Source: Candidatus Bathyarchaeota archaeon (GTDB lineage: Archaea > Thermoproteota > Bathyarchaeia > Bathyarchaeales > Bathycorpusculaceae). Taken from it: a stretch of 61,071 nucleotides of DNA. Below are positions 42,270 to 53,223 of this stretch, piece by piece. The stretch's first letter is position 1, and each line of letters begins with the position of its first letter. The DNA is taken from NCBI GenBank assembly GCA_963739305.1, contig CAVTZU010000004.1, forward strand, positions 1-61,071, in the 5' to 3' direction. Position numbers and translations under genes: made by a program. The notes under the pieces were generated by a model. The model was not told the DNA's origin. It saw nothing but the letters and a program-made list of their open reading frames with translations, and ran no database searches.

Positions 42270-43583
42270 CTAGAATAGTTGCTTGAAGGATGCAAAGTCT
42301 ATGTGGTTCTCTTCGACCACCGGAATCTCCTTCATGTTCTTGTCAAGCTTGACTTTTCCTAAGGCAAGAATTGCGACTTCTCCAACGACGGGTGAGCACA
42401 CTTTTACGGCCCTTCGCACGTAGTCAATTTCTTGCACTACGCCAATGCCAAGGAATTTCCTCTTATCATTGTACATTGCGGCGAGCAATCCTTCTTCGTC
42501 CCCTTTTCTAGTAACGATGACCTTCTTCTTGGTGAATTCTTCTACCTTTCTTATGTTGTCCGAACTGATCCAGCGTCTTCTACCAATGATCACGCTCAAC
42601 TTCCCCGCGAGCTCTGCCATCTGCAATGGTTTCATTCCAAGAAGAGCATAGATCTTGTTAGCATCTCTTGCGTTCATGTGGGATTTATTCAGCACGAAAG
42701 ATTCGTTTCCTTCAACCTTCACCCAACTCAAAGAAAGCGACTGGATTCGTGGGTTTCTCAAGTATTTCTTGTAACCCAGTTCACGTAGCCCTCTTCGTTT
42801 CTCTCTATCTCTTGGCTTGACTGCAGGCGGTGATTCCACAAGGATTTTTCTGGTCTTTTGGATAGAGGCAAAGATCTGTGCAAGCTCATCTTTTTGCTGG
42901 ATGAAGAAAATCACGTCTGGGTTAAGTTCTTCAACAAGTCTCAGTTTGTAGCTAACCGCGCATTCTCCTTCAACCCACCCATCCGTGTTTATGATGAGAA
43001 CGTCGGGGTTTCCGGAAAGGGCTTCCTTTTTGAGTAATGACAAGCCCTGAACCATCCTGTCAGTTGCATTTCCAGCAGTAGTTTCGCCGATGAAGAAGGC
43101 ATTCTTCGCTTGCAGGTTGAAAAGGTCGGTGATTGGCTTCGCAACGGAGGCGAAGGCGATTGTGGATGGCGGGCCAACATCAGACTGTCCCAAATCTCCA
43201 TCAAGAATCGTGACTTTCTTCTTTTCACCCACCAGTCGATTTGTCATGTACGTGCAGAAACTGGATTTTCCAGAATCGACGGCCCCCAGCACTATCGCAG
43301 AAGTAGGTGCAGATTGCGAACCCAACAATTCCTGAATTGAGTTGATCCATGAACTTGGAATTGTGTCTCCGGCAACTTCATCAATTGAGGCGCCTTCCCC
43401 AGCAGATATTTCAAAACTAGCCGTTTCATGTACCGCGAACGGCAATCTCTTTCCTTCACGGATGACAACTTTGCTTGCCACATTTGTCGTTAGTCCAAAA
43501 ACCTCAACTTTTCCTGAATTCACTATTACTGAAGCTGGACCGTCAACCAACAACGTTGTCCCTTTGTTAACTGTGCGATTCAT
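42270..43583 (-). CDS. Clp1-family polynucleotide 5'-kinase
   Basis: GAVDSGKS, DGDLGQSDVGPP, INTDGW, RRGLRE lid. Confidence 0.9.
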   Translation of the reverse strand: MNRTVNKGTTLLVDGPASVIVNSGKVEVFGLTTNVASKVVIREGKRLPFAVHETASFEISAGEGASIDEVAGDTIPSSWINSIQELLGSQSAPTSAIVLGAVDSGKSSFCTYMTNRLVGEKKKVTILDGDLGQSDVGPPSTIAFASVAKPITDLFNLQAKNAFFIGETTAGNATDRMVQGLSLLKKEALSGNPDVLIINTDGWVEGECAVSYKLRLVEELNPDVIFFIQQKDELAQIFASIQKTRKILVESPPAVKPRDREKRRGLRELGYKKYLRNPRIQSLSLSWVKVEGNESFVLNKSHMNARDANKIYALLGMKPLQMAELAGKLSVIIGRRRWISSDNIRKVEEFTKKKVIVTRKGDEEGLLAAMYNDKRKFLGIGVVQEIDYVRRAVKVCSPVVGEVAILALGKVKLDKNMKEIPVVEENHIDFASFKQLF

Positions 43584-44220
43584 TTGTCCTACTCCTTTGA
43601 AATGTATGTCCGTTTCTTCCAGCAATCTTTGTTGCCGAAAAGATGTCTCTTAGCCCTCTTCTGTGTTTCGCTTCGTCCAAGCAAGAATCTGTGCCAGCCT
43701 CTCCCACGCTCTCAAGAATCACGCCTGAGGGAAGTGTTTTGTCCAGGGCTTTTAGGAGTTTTTCTTTGCAGTCTGGAACTCCGTCTCCCACTTTAACGCT
43801 AATCGAAGAGACGGGAGTGTCCGCCAAGTTCTTAATGACTTCTTCTATCGTATGCACGGCTTCATTCAGACTGTAACAGTTCTCCGTTTCGACCACTCTT
43901 CCCCCAGCTAGAACCGCCAGCCCAAAGATTTCTCCAGGGTCCACGCCTATGGAGACTTTTTCGAATAATTCCTTCCCCTGAACAAGTCGCAAAGCCTCGT
44001 TCACTGTTGGTGCAGGATTGTCTCCTATCTTGTAGGCAAGTACGTTTTCGTGATTTATCAATTCTTTCTCCTCTTCCGTGGTTATGACAACTTTCACTTC
44101 TATAGGAACAGGCTCACGAGGTGTTAGGCTCAAAAAAGGGACGTTCCTTCCCTTAAGCTCGTTGACGAGATGGTAATAGGCCTTTCCTGAAATGGTTGCG
44201 ACAGCAATTCTCTCTTTCAT
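43567..44220 (-). CDS. Hypothetical protein with RNase H-like (YqgF/Tex-like) domain
   Basis: IGVDPGE..GLAV, VKVGDG, V.E..T, DIFSA..IA; overlaps the clp1 start. Confidence 0.65.
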   Translation of the reverse strand: MKERIAVATISGKAYYHLVNELKGRNVPFLSLTPREPVPIEVKVVITTEEEKELINHENVLAYKIGDNPAPTVNEALRLVQGKELFEKVSIGVDPGEIFGLAVLAGGRVVETENCYSLNEAVHTIEEVIKNLADTPVSSISVKVGDGVPDCKEKLLKALDKTLPSGVILESVGEAGTDSCLDEAKHRRGLRDIFSATKIAGRNGHTFQRSRTNESHS

Positions 44221-44283
44221 ACAGCAGTCCTGACGATCCCATGCATTTGAACACAAAACACATTATAAATCGGCGCTTTATAT

Positions 44284-44985
44284 TTGTTGACGTGTGTGGG
44301 TTTGCAAAGAATTCTAACAGGTTGCAGGGCAATAGACGAGTTTCTGAAAGGTGGTTTCTCAGATGAGAGCATTACACTCGTTTACGGTGAAGCCGAAACG
44401 GGGAAAACAACGCTCGCGATGCAGTGCGCTGTCAACTGCGCCAAGCAAGGATTCAAAACACTCTTTGTTGATTCAGACAGGACTTTTACTCCACAAAGGC
44501 TCTCTCAAATCATTTCAGAACGGTACGAGAAGGTTCCGGAATTGATAGTTCTCGCTAGGCCTAGCTCCTATCAAGAGCAAGCGGCCCTCGTGGATCAATT
44601 GACTGATTACGTAGACACGCATTTCAAACTCGTGGTCTTCGACACCATAACATCGTTGTATCGTCTCCGAATTGCCGAATCTCCATCGAAGACCTTTCAA
44701 TTTAATCGAGAACTCAACAGGCAGCTTGCTGTGCTCGCACAGACTGCTCGGACTAGGAAAATCGCGATTTTGCTCGTAAGTCAGGTGCATAGCGTTATGA
44801 ACGAAATGCCTGTCAGTATTGAACCCGTCGCAACGAGAGTGCTGAAATTCTGGGCTGACACAGTAATCGCCCTAAGTCTCACAGAGGATCCTCAAAGAGT
44901 TCAGGCAACGATAGAAAAGAGTCCAGCAAAGCTTCCGCCAATGATTTGTGATTTGAGGATCGGGGGAACAGGGATACATGATTAG
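44284..44985 (+). CDS. radB: RadB-like RecA-family ATPase
   Basis: GEAETGKT, VVFDTITSLYR, SQV; lacks the RadA N-terminal domain. Confidence 0.8.
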   Translation: MLTCVGLQRILTGCRAIDEFLKGGFSDESITLVYGEAETGKTTLAMQCAVNCAKQGFKTLFVDSDRTFTPQRLSQIISERYEKVPELIVLARPSSYQEQAALVDQLTDYVDTHFKLVVFDTITSLYRLRIAESPSKTFQFNRELNRQLAVLAQTARTRKIAILLVSQVHSVMNEMPVSIEPVATRVLKFWADTVIALSLTEDPQRVQATIEKSPAKLPPMICDLRIGGTGIHD

Positions 44986-45009
44986 CAACTCACTTTCGAG
45001 GTTCGCCGA

Positions 45010-45507
45010 ATGGATTTCATGCAACTGATTCTTCAAGCGCTGGAATTCATTTTCCCAGCATACTGCGCCAACGCGATTCCAGTGCTTGCTGGTGGAGGAT
45101 TGAGCATGGATTTTGGGAAAAACCTACCCGATGGAAAACGGATCTTCGGGAAGAACAAGACTTTTAGAGGATTTTTCGCAGGTCTAGTAGTCGGAACTGC
45201 CGCAGGATTAGCGGAGAGCTTTGCCTTCAATTATCCAATACAGTTTGGCATAGTTGTTTCGTCTGGTGCCTTGTTGGGAGATCTGACTGGCGCCTTCCTC
45301 AAGCGCAGACTCAATATTCCGCCTGGCGGGCTGCTGCCGGTAGTGGATCAGGTGGATTTCATCTTAGGTTCGATCTTGTTCTCATTCTTGCTTCCTATGA
45401 GCCGAAGCTGGGAGCTGTTTGCTTTGGTTTTAATCATAACTCCTCCTATTCATCTGCTTACAAATTTCGTAGCTTACAAGCTGAAACTCAAAGACAATCC
45501 GTGGTAG
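45010..45507 (+). CDS. carS: CDP-archaeol synthase
   Basis: PAYCAN, DGKRIFGKNKT, GDL..AFLKRR, DQVDF, LKLKDNPW. Confidence 0.93.
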   Translation: MDFMQLILQALEFIFPAYCANAIPVLAGGGLSMDFGKNLPDGKRIFGKNKTFRGFFAGLVVGTAAGLAESFAFNYPIQFGIVVSSGALLGDLTGAFLKRRLNIPPGGLLPVVDQVDFILGSILFSFLLPMSRSWELFALVLIITPPIHLLTNFVAYKLKLKDNPW

Positions 45508-45512
45508 TTGGC

Positions 45513-45935
45513 TTAACCGCCTGTGATTTTCATTTGTATTGATGCTTGCAGTAGTATGTATGCCAAGAAGAGAAGAACCACTCCGACGGTCATCATCATG
45601 TATGCTTGCCTAGGTTTGTACACGTATTTGGTGCTTTGGTACACTGAAAGCAATCCGAAGATGCCCAAGCCGTAGAGTGTCATTGCTACTATGCTATCTC
45701 CTATGAACTGTTCGGACAGCTGCGGGTACATTATCAAGAATCTTCCGCCGTAGTAGACAGCTGGGAGCGGTGCCATTATGATGTCATAGAGTCCGCCGCC
45801 AAAAAGAAACACAGCGAAGGCGATTGCAGCTACTGGGATGATCAGGTTCGATGGTCTTGAATTCGTGACCATACGGTAGAGCTTGTTCAATGAGAAGGAC
45901 AAGTTAGAAACGTTCTTCTTGACGCTTTTTGACAC
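45513..45935 (-). CDS. OSTC/DC2 (OST3/OST6 family)-like three-TM protein
   Basis: FLFGGGLYDIIMAP..QLSEQFIGDS..LYGLGIFG..MKITGG parallels eukaryotic OSTC (FLITGGIIYDVIVEP..NGQYIMEG..MKLPG, from memory). Confidence 0.7.
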   Translation of the reverse strand: MSKSVKKNVSNLSFSLNKLYRMVTNSRPSNLIIPVAAIAFAVFLFGGGLYDIIMAPLPAVYYGGRFLIMYPQLSEQFIGDSIVAMTLYGLGIFGLLSVYQSTKYVYKPRQAYMMMTVGVVLLFLAYILLQASIQMKITGG

Positions 45936-46152
45936 TTTTCTGTTCTCCTATGAACATCGAGTCGTGGCCAATATCCGTCGCCCACTTCTTGTAATGAATT
46001 CTTCACAATCTCTCTTAAATACTCTTTCCAAGGAAACGTCAAACGTTTTCTCCCATCGACAATATCTGACAGTGAAATCCGGTGATCTTATTGGAGCAAG
46101 CAATGAATAGTTGTTCGCGTTCAATTCTCTTCTGTACGTTTGACATTTCAAG

Positions 46153-48219
46153 TTAGTGGAGTCTTTTTCTTGACGTGCATTCTGGATTGAAACAAATAGT
46201 CCAAGGGTGTCGTCTGGCCAATGTTTCGACGGTTGGCCAACCGCACTTGTCACATTTCTTACCTCGCAATCTCAAAACCCCTTTTTGAGGAAGGGGAAAC
46301 GAAGTATCACAGTTACCCTTGAAATAGTTTGTGCAACCGACGAAGCGCTTGCCTGTTTCTCGTGAATGGATTATTATGAGTTTTCCAGTCTTACACACAG
46401 GACAGATGCCGATTGTTCTTTCCTCGAATTCTGCTCTCTCGACGGCACTGGTCAGTCGTTCACCGATCCTTTTCTCCTCTTTTTTAAGAGAGTCAATGAC
46501 TGGTTCAAGTATTCCAACGACGTGGGTCAGAACCTTTTCTCTCTCCTCGTTGCCCTCTCGGATCGAATTCATTTTGGTTTCGAGTTCTCTCGTCAACTCT
46601 GTTGAAACGATTGATGGACAATATCTTTCTAGGATTTCGGTGATCTCAAAGCCAACTGCCGTGACTATCATTCTTTCCCCCTTGATGTATCCGCGGTCGT
46701 AAAGTGTTTGAATTGTTTCAGTCCTGGTCGATTTTGTGCCTATTCCCGCCTCCTCCATTTCTTTGAGCAGACTGATTGGATTGTATCGTGAAGGGGGTTC
46801 GGTAGTCAAGTTCTTCACATCTATCTTCTTGATTTTGAAAGACTCGCCTTTCTCTATCGGCGGTAGGGTTACTTCTTCAAACCTGATGTACGGTTCGTAG
46901 TAACGCATCCATCCCTTCTTCAGTAGCCTTTTTCCGTTGAGGCGGAAGTGATATCTGCCTGCCAATAAGCAGACCCTAATGCTCTGCTTTACGGCGGGTT
47001 GACCGAAAACTGACATGAACCTTCGAACGATCAGGTCCAGAATTTTCGCTTCGGACTTGGAGAGTTCTTGTCGTGGCAATTCGCCAGTTGGGTAAATGGC
47101 AGAATGTGCTGGGTCGTATTTCTTTCCTTCGTTTGGCCTAAGTGCTTTTTGGGCAAGTAGCTCCGAAGTCATGTCTCGATATTCGTCTAACCTGTTCAGA
47201 CCCTTGAGTATCGCTTTGTAATTTATGATCGCTGGGAGTTTTTGGCTGTCGGTCCTCGGATAAGAGATCAAAGCCTTCAGATATAGATGTTGAGCTATGC
47301 TCGAAACGCTGCTTGGCGCATAATGAAACAGTGTGTACGCTTCATTCTGTAAATTGCTAAGGTTAAATGGGAAGGGAGGAGGCAGAATGGATTGTTCGAC
47401 CTTGACTGCTTCAACGAGTCCAGTTTTATTCTTGCATCCGTTTAATACGGATTCAGCATCTTCTAGGTTCTCGAGTCTTTCTTTTTCATAATCCGCCTCA
47501 AAAATCCGACCGTGAATTTCAACTTTACCTCTTATTTGCCAATATTGAGTTGGCACAAAAGCCTTGATGGCTTCTTCCCTTTTCACAAGAAACTTGAGTG
47601 TTGGGCCTTGTACCCGGCCGGTGCTTAGCGCAATGTATCGACCGCTCCAACCTTTGGCTGCATTCGTCAGAGATCTAGAGAGGTTTATGCCATAGAGCCA
47701 GTCAACTTCATGTCTTGCCCGTCCGGCCTCGATCAACCTGAAATCCAGACTGGGTTGCAGTTCGGCGAAAGATTTTTTCAGCTCTTGGTTCGTAAGCGTC
47801 GAGTATTTCATCCGTTGGGCGCTTTCTTCCTTATTGCCACAAGCATATTTGAGTATGAAATATCCGATGATGGATCCTTCGACGTCGTAGTCGCAAGCGT
47901 CAATGAAGATGTCGGCGTTTTTCGCTAGTTTTTCGATTGTTTGAATCCAATTGCGAATTCGAGCAGCTTTTCTTTCGGCGATGTGTCGAGGAACCCATTT
48001 GAAAACGAAGGCAGGAAGCTGCCTTCCTTTCTGTACATCCGTGATCGCATACAGGTGTCCCAGTGAGGGAACGACAACTATTTCCTTGTCGCGTTTGGCG
48101 ATGTAGTAGGGAACGCCATGGTCAAACATTTTTCGAGGTTTTTCTTTCGCATCAAGAGCCAATGCTATTCTTAGCGCCGCATCTGGTTTCTCCGTGATAA
48201 CAAAGACGGACTTGCTCAA
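46153..48219 (-). CDS. topA: Type IA DNA topoisomerase (archaeal)
   Basis: ITEKP, GHL, ACDYDVEG, STGRVQGPTL, ISYPRTDS catalytic Tyr, C-terminal zinc ribbons; TTG start at 48219 inferred. Confidence 0.92.
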   Translation of the reverse strand: MSKSVFVITEKPDAALRIALALDAKEKPRKMFDHGVPYYIAKRDKEIVVVPSLGHLYAITDVQKGRQLPAFVFKWVPRHIAERKAARIRNWIQTIEKLAKNADIFIDACDYDVEGSIIGYFILKYACGNKEESAQRMKYSTLTNQELKKSFAELQPSLDFRLIEAGRARHEVDWLYGINLSRSLTNAAKGWSGRYIALSTGRVQGPTLKFLVKREEAIKAFVPTQYWQIRGKVEIHGRIFEADYEKERLENLEDAESVLNGCKNKTGLVEAVKVEQSILPPPFPFNLSNLQNEAYTLFHYAPSSVSSIAQHLYLKALISYPRTDSQKLPAIINYKAILKGLNRLDEYRDMTSELLAQKALRPNEGKKYDPAHSAIYPTGELPRQELSKSEAKILDLIVRRFMSVFGQPAVKQSIRVCLLAGRYHFRLNGKRLLKKGWMRYYEPYIRFEEVTLPPIEKGESFKIKKIDVKNLTTEPPSRYNPISLLKEMEEAGIGTKSTRTETIQTLYDRGYIKGERMIVTAVGFEITEILERYCPSIVSTELTRELETKMNSIREGNEEREKVLTHVVGILEPVIDSLKKEEKRIGERLTSAVERAEFEERTIGICPVCKTGKLIIIHSRETGKRFVGCTNYFKGNCDTSFPLPQKGVLRLRGKKCDKCGWPTVETLARRHPWTICFNPECTSRKRLH

Positions 48220-48442
48220 TTCTTGATTCAAGCCGGCAGTTGGTTTTTGCTGTACTACTTCAGGTCTTGGCCGGATTAAGACTTTCCGCTGTTTCTTGAA
48301 TCGCAAATTGCACGTTTCGGTTCTTTCTTCAGTTTGAAAGTAGTTCTGCTCGCTCTGTGATATTGTAAGAGTTCCTTTCCAGCAACCGATAAATATGTCA
48401 TGGTCTCTTAATCTCTCTGTCACTGCTAAGAGTGGGTATGTT

Positions 48443-48607
48443 ATGCCACAGCGCGTTGCTTGTCAAGGGTGCGGTCACGTATTATATGAGGGGCCAGACC
48501 TTCGGCCTCCAGACGAGATTTTGCATGGAGTTGACGGAAAATGTCCGAAGTGTGGGAAGAAGCTTTCATTGGTACCTATCAACGTCGATGTTAAGCCACT
48601 GAGGTAG
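48443..48607 (+). CDS. Small zinc-finger protein
   Basis: MPQRVACQGCG...KCPKCGKKL. Confidence 0.75.
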   Translation: MPQRVACQGCGHVLYEGPDLRPPDEILHGVDGKCPKCGKKLSLVPINVDVKPLR

Positions 48608-48626
48608 CGTCTTCTTTGGAGGAACA

Positions 48627-49779
48627 GTGTTGACGGAAAACATCCGCCGAACACAACTTTATTATGTCCATTCGAAAATGGCTAAGATGATTCTGTTCGC
48701 GGGGTTTGAGATGCCCCTCTATTACAAGGACATTGCGCCTGAACATCTGGCGGTGCGTAACAAAGTCGGAATTTTTGATATCAGTCACATGGGGCGCGTG
48801 ATGGTTTCAGGGGTGGATTCGGAACGCTTTCTCAATAATGTCATAACGAACGATGTTACGGCTCTTTCACCTAACGGTGCTCAATACTCAGTAATGTGCA
48901 CGGAAATAGGCGGAATAGTTGACGATTTCGTCGTTTACAGATTGGACAGGGAGAAATTCCTCGTGGTTTTCAACGCCAGCAATCGCGAGAAGGACTACAA
49001 TTGGTTCGTGAAGAATGCGGACGGGTTCAGTGTTGAATTAGACAATATATCCGACAATGTTGCAATGTTCGCTGTTCAAGGTCCCAATGCAGAGAAAACT
49101 CTTCAAAGAATCTCCAGTGAAGACTTAAGCAAGATCGGCAGGTTCAGATGTGGCAGTTCTCGACTTATGGGCACGGATGTTTTCCTTGCTCGTACAGGCT
49201 ACACGGGCGAAGATGGGTTTGAAGTATTCGTTTGGGGTGCTTCACTCGTCCAACCCGGATGCCGCCGCCAAAGTTTGGAGCGGCATTCTTGATGCTGGAA
49301 AAGACCTCGGTATAGAACCCTGCGGTTTGGGCGCCCGAGATACTTTGCGGCTGGAAGCTGGACTTTGTCTTTATGGCAGTGACATCGATGAGGGAACAAC
49401 GCCTCTTGAAGCTGGTCTTGGTTTTGTGGTGAAACTTCAAAAGGACAGGTTCGTTGGGAAAGAATTCTTGTTGAGACAGAAAGCAGAAGGTCTAAAACGG
49501 AAGCGAATAGGGTTGGTGATGTTTGATCAAGGAATCCCGAGATCGGGCTTCGAGATATCCTCAACCAACGGCGAAAAGATAGGACGAGTGACAAGTGGAA
49601 CTTTTTCGCCGCTTCTTAGACAGGGCGTTGGAATGGGCTATGTTGAAACGTCTCAGGCTCAAGAAGGCACAATCGTAAATTTGAATATGCGCGGCAGAAC
49701 CGCGAGAGCCAAAATATCCGGATTTCCACTCTATGATCCTGAAAAATACGGCTACAAACGAAAAATCGTAGCTTCATGA
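48627..49779 (+). CDS. gcvT: Glycine cleavage system T protein, frameshift at about 49248
   Basis: EHLAVR..FDISHMG, RTGYTGEDGFE, GLGARDTLRLEAG, IGRVTSG; two overlapping ORFs. Confidence 0.93.
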
Positions 49780-49914
49780 AGTCTCTTTCAGAGGATTCGG
49801 TTTTTGGAAAGGTATATATCAAGCGTGCCAGTCATTTCAAGAATCCTTGAGTCTCTAGTTTACCGCAATCAAAATAAAACACCTCAAGGAACTGTGTAGG
49901 GAGATGAATCGAAA

Positions 49915-52175
49915 GTGAAGCTCAGCAACGTACTGTCTAGAGAACGAGTGACCAACGGCTTGAAAAGCTTAGGAAAGCTGAGAATCAAGACGACTCATGC
50001 CTCAATCATCACTATCGCGGCTTTGTTGCTGATACTTTCCATCGCTTTCACGGTCCGAATTTTTCCACTTCGCTGGGAGCAATTAGGAACAGGCCAGCTA
50101 CAACTATCCGAATTTGACTCGTACTTTGAATACCGTGTCGCAGACCACATGGTTAAGAACGGATTGTTGTCGCCTTATTGGCCGACGCAGTGGATTGATA
50201 CTCAATTTTGGTATCCAAACGGCATAAACATGGCTACGGAAACGCTACCATCAATTCCACTCACTGGAGCGTTTCTCTATGACGTGCTCGCTTTCTTCGG
50301 GCTAAATGTTAGCCTCATGACTCTGTGTTCATTTCTTCCTGTGCTAATGGGTACGTTATGTGTTTTGATCATGTATTTCATCGGAAAAGATATGGGAGGG
50401 AAACTTGTCGGGCTCCTCGCCGCGCTTTTTCTAGCGTTGGAGCCCTCTTTTATATCGAGAAGTAATCTGGGCTGGTTTGAAACCGAAATGACCACGTTCT
50501 CTTTCTTGTTGTTCTTTCTAATGTTCCAAAGGGCAATAGACGGAGAAAGACCCATCGGTTCAACGGTGAAATATTCGCTCGCCTGTGCTGCATGTTTGGC
50601 CTACTCTGTAATGGGGTGGGGGGCGGCTTACTACCTACTTGATTTGACGGTGCTATTCGTTTTTGTTTTGATTCTGCTTAAGAGATATACACCGCGCATT
50701 CTCCTGGCTTACAGCTTGGCGTTTGGGATAGGACTGTTGATAGCGATACAAGCGCCCTTTTTGTCCTTACGATACCTCACGAGCTTCGCAGTCATACCAG
50801 TTGCAATTGTCTTCATACTGCTTTGTTTGAATGAAGCATTGCGTAACTTACCTTCGATGAGAGAAAGGTTCATCCTCACCGCTGTAATTCTGGCCGCTCT
50901 CATTGGGAGTTTCGTCGTTATTTCTGCGTCAGGATACATAGGGAATATAGCTGGCAAGTTTATTTCGGTCATAAATCCTTTCCTGCGAAGCTCGAACCCA
51001 ACTCTGGAGTCTGTAGCTGAGCATAGAGTATCTTCTTGGGCTTCAATCTACTATGATCTTGGAATAGGAATACTGTTTTTTGCCGTGGGGCTGTTCTTTG
51101 CGGCAAGAAATCTTACCAACAAGAATATTTTCATGCTGCTTTTCGGCTTGACAGGCCTCTACTTTGCTGGCTCGATGGTACGTCTGACCTATATCTTATC
51201 TCTATCGTATGCTGTCTTGGCAGCCATCGGAATAGTGGGGATTCTAAGGCCATTTATGACGTTGCTGAAGGAACCGCCTAGGATAAACGTGAGGAAGAAG
51301 ATTGGTTTTCTGCATGTGAGCAGAGAGTACAGTGGAATTGCTGTGTTTCTTATATTCCTGGTCCTGATGACCAACCTTGCCGTTTCCCCGCAGAGCGGAG
51401 GTATTCCTAATGGCATCAGGTCAGCTTACACACCGATGACGATCTCAGCGGGTAGTCTCGCGATAGTACCTAACGGCCCCGTGAGGGAATGGTCAGACGC
51501 GTTGGTGTACCTCAATAATCTGCAGAATTCAAGAACCGTGGTTGTTGCATGGTGGGACTATGGATTATGGATAACAGTTGGGGGCAATGTTACAACGCTG
51601 TGTGACAATACGACCATAAACGATACTGCGATACAGGATGTTGGGTTTTCTTTCATGGCCAACGAAACTTACTCGTTGAGGATGTTGAAGAAGTATAACG
51701 TTCAGTACGTGCTTGTTTTTGTTACTTTCTATGGTGCTGGACAGAATACGGGATATTACATTGATTTCGCGGGCGGCGACAACGGCAAATGGACCTGGAT
51801 GGCCAAGATATCGGGGGGCGCCATGGACAGATTCTTAAAAACGGGGATATCGACCAGGCTTCGGCGTGGCAGAATGAAACGACCTTCGGCAACTTCTCCA
51901 GCACCACCAACGCGTGGGAGTGGAACTATGTCGGTCAGAACTCGACGGTTTACAAGCTGATGAGTTATGCGAAGAACCGTTGGTGCACGGTGAACGGCCA
52001 GACAGACCCGGATGCAGCAAATGTCACAACCCCGATCTACTTCCAGGAGGCGTTCTTCTCAGGTGAGAACCTTAGTCCAACTGACTCTGCGAACAAGTAT
52101 GGTGGTGTTGTTCCGTTGGTTGCGCTGTACAAGATTGACTGGCAGAAGTATTACCAAGACTATCCGGCTTCCTAA
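49915..52175 (+). CDS. aglB: Oligosaccharyltransferase AglB/STT3, frameshift at about 51845
   Basis: EFDSYF, SVAEH, WWDYG, DNTT, DNGKWTWMAKI; many TM helices; C-terminus continues in ORF 51789-52175. Confidence 0.93.
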
Positions 52176-52189
52176 AGGATTGAGGAGTA

Positions 52190-53086
52190 TTGTTTCCGAG
52201 AGTTCCTGATCAACACAAGCCAAACAAGCCTTTGGTCCTGAACGGTCTCGGCGTCATTTATGTTTTGGTTAGTGTTGTGTACCTTTTTCTGATCTACTAC
52301 TACAACTTGGCCAGCGGCGTGGGCGCAGTGAGTTCTTCTCAGGCTCTGGTCTCTTCTGCTCCTCTGATTCTTGCCGTGTGCATTCTTTTCGGCGGCTTTC
52401 TGGGCATGCTCGATGATTGGATCGACCTCAGATGGCGATACAAGGCTTTTCTTCCGTTGGTGGCGGCGATTCCCCTTATCTCTTTTGCACTTGCCCTTGG
52501 ACTTAAGGCTTCTATAATGATTCCGTTCTTGGGAACGCATGATTTTGGCGTTTACTATTACTTCATTATTCTTCCTTTGCTCGTGACGATAGTGACTAAC
52601 ACGGTTAATCAGCTCGGCGGCTTGAACGGGCTGGAAACAGTGTGTCCTGCCATTGTCTTGATTGGGTTGATGGTTATGTCTTGGTCTAATGCAAGTCTTC
52701 TCTATGTGCCATTGATCGTGTGGCTGATGCTTGCTGCTTTGAATTTTAAGGGCAGGATCTTCGTGGGGAACACGGGGTCCTTTGCGATTGGAATGACGAT
52801 TGCTTCGTTTGCTGTTATATCGAACTTGAAGGTGAGCCTTGTCGTGTCGGTTCTGCCGTATGTCCTGAATTCAGTGTTGATCTTGTTGACGTTCTTCTTT
52901 TACCGGGTCAAGGCGAGCGTTTCTTTTGACGGTGAGAAATTGTCTTCGGACCATAGGAGGAGTTTGATTACGCTTTTGACGTATCATCGGCCATTGACGG
53001 AGCGGCAGGTGGTTTCGTTGATCGCCTTGTTGGTTGCGGCTTCTACCTTATTGGCTGTTGGTCTTCAGTTGTTTGTGCCTCGATGA
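52190..53086 (+). CDS. Polyprenyl-phosphate HexNAc-1-P transferase (DPAGT1/AglH/MraY family)
   Basis: DQHKPNKP, GMLDD, NTVNQLGGLNGLE, NF..RIFVGNTG. Confidence 0.85.
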   Translation: MFPRVPDQHKPNKPLVLNGLGVIYVLVSVVYLFLIYYYNLASGVGAVSSSQALVSSAPLILAVCILFGGFLGMLDDWIDLRWRYKAFLPLVAAIPLISFALALGLKASIMIPFLGTHDFGVYYYFIILPLLVTIVTNTVNQLGGLNGLETVCPAIVLIGLMVMSWSNASLLYVPLIVWLMLAALNFKGRIFVGNTGSFAIGMTIASFAVISNLKVSLVVSVLPYVLNSVLILLTFFFYRVKASVSFDGEKLSSDHRRSLITLLTYHRPLTERQVVSLIALLVAASTLLAVGLQLFVPR

Positions 53087-53160
53087 GGCATCTTTTTTTG
53101 GTGTTTTTGGTTCTAGTGCGCGCGGGAAGGTTTAATAGGCGTTCGCTGTGTTTTTGTGGT

Positions 53161-53223
53161 TGGCGGGTGAGTGGGCCTCCACCCGTTCCGCCTAAGAAAC
53201 CCCGGATGTTGGAGGACGAGTGT
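53161..53223 (+). promoter_or_regulatory. Structured 5' leader with anti-Shine-Dalgarno (candidate riboswitch)
   Basis: TTTAATA at 53131; CGGGTG/CACCCG stem; CCTCCA (53176-53181) complementary to TGGAGG (53210-53215). Confidence 0.4.

Noticed and set aside
53109-53116. GGTTCTAG resembling the preQ1-I riboswitch loop
   Set aside because: It lies upstream of the TATA-like box and lacks the closing stem and A-rich tail.
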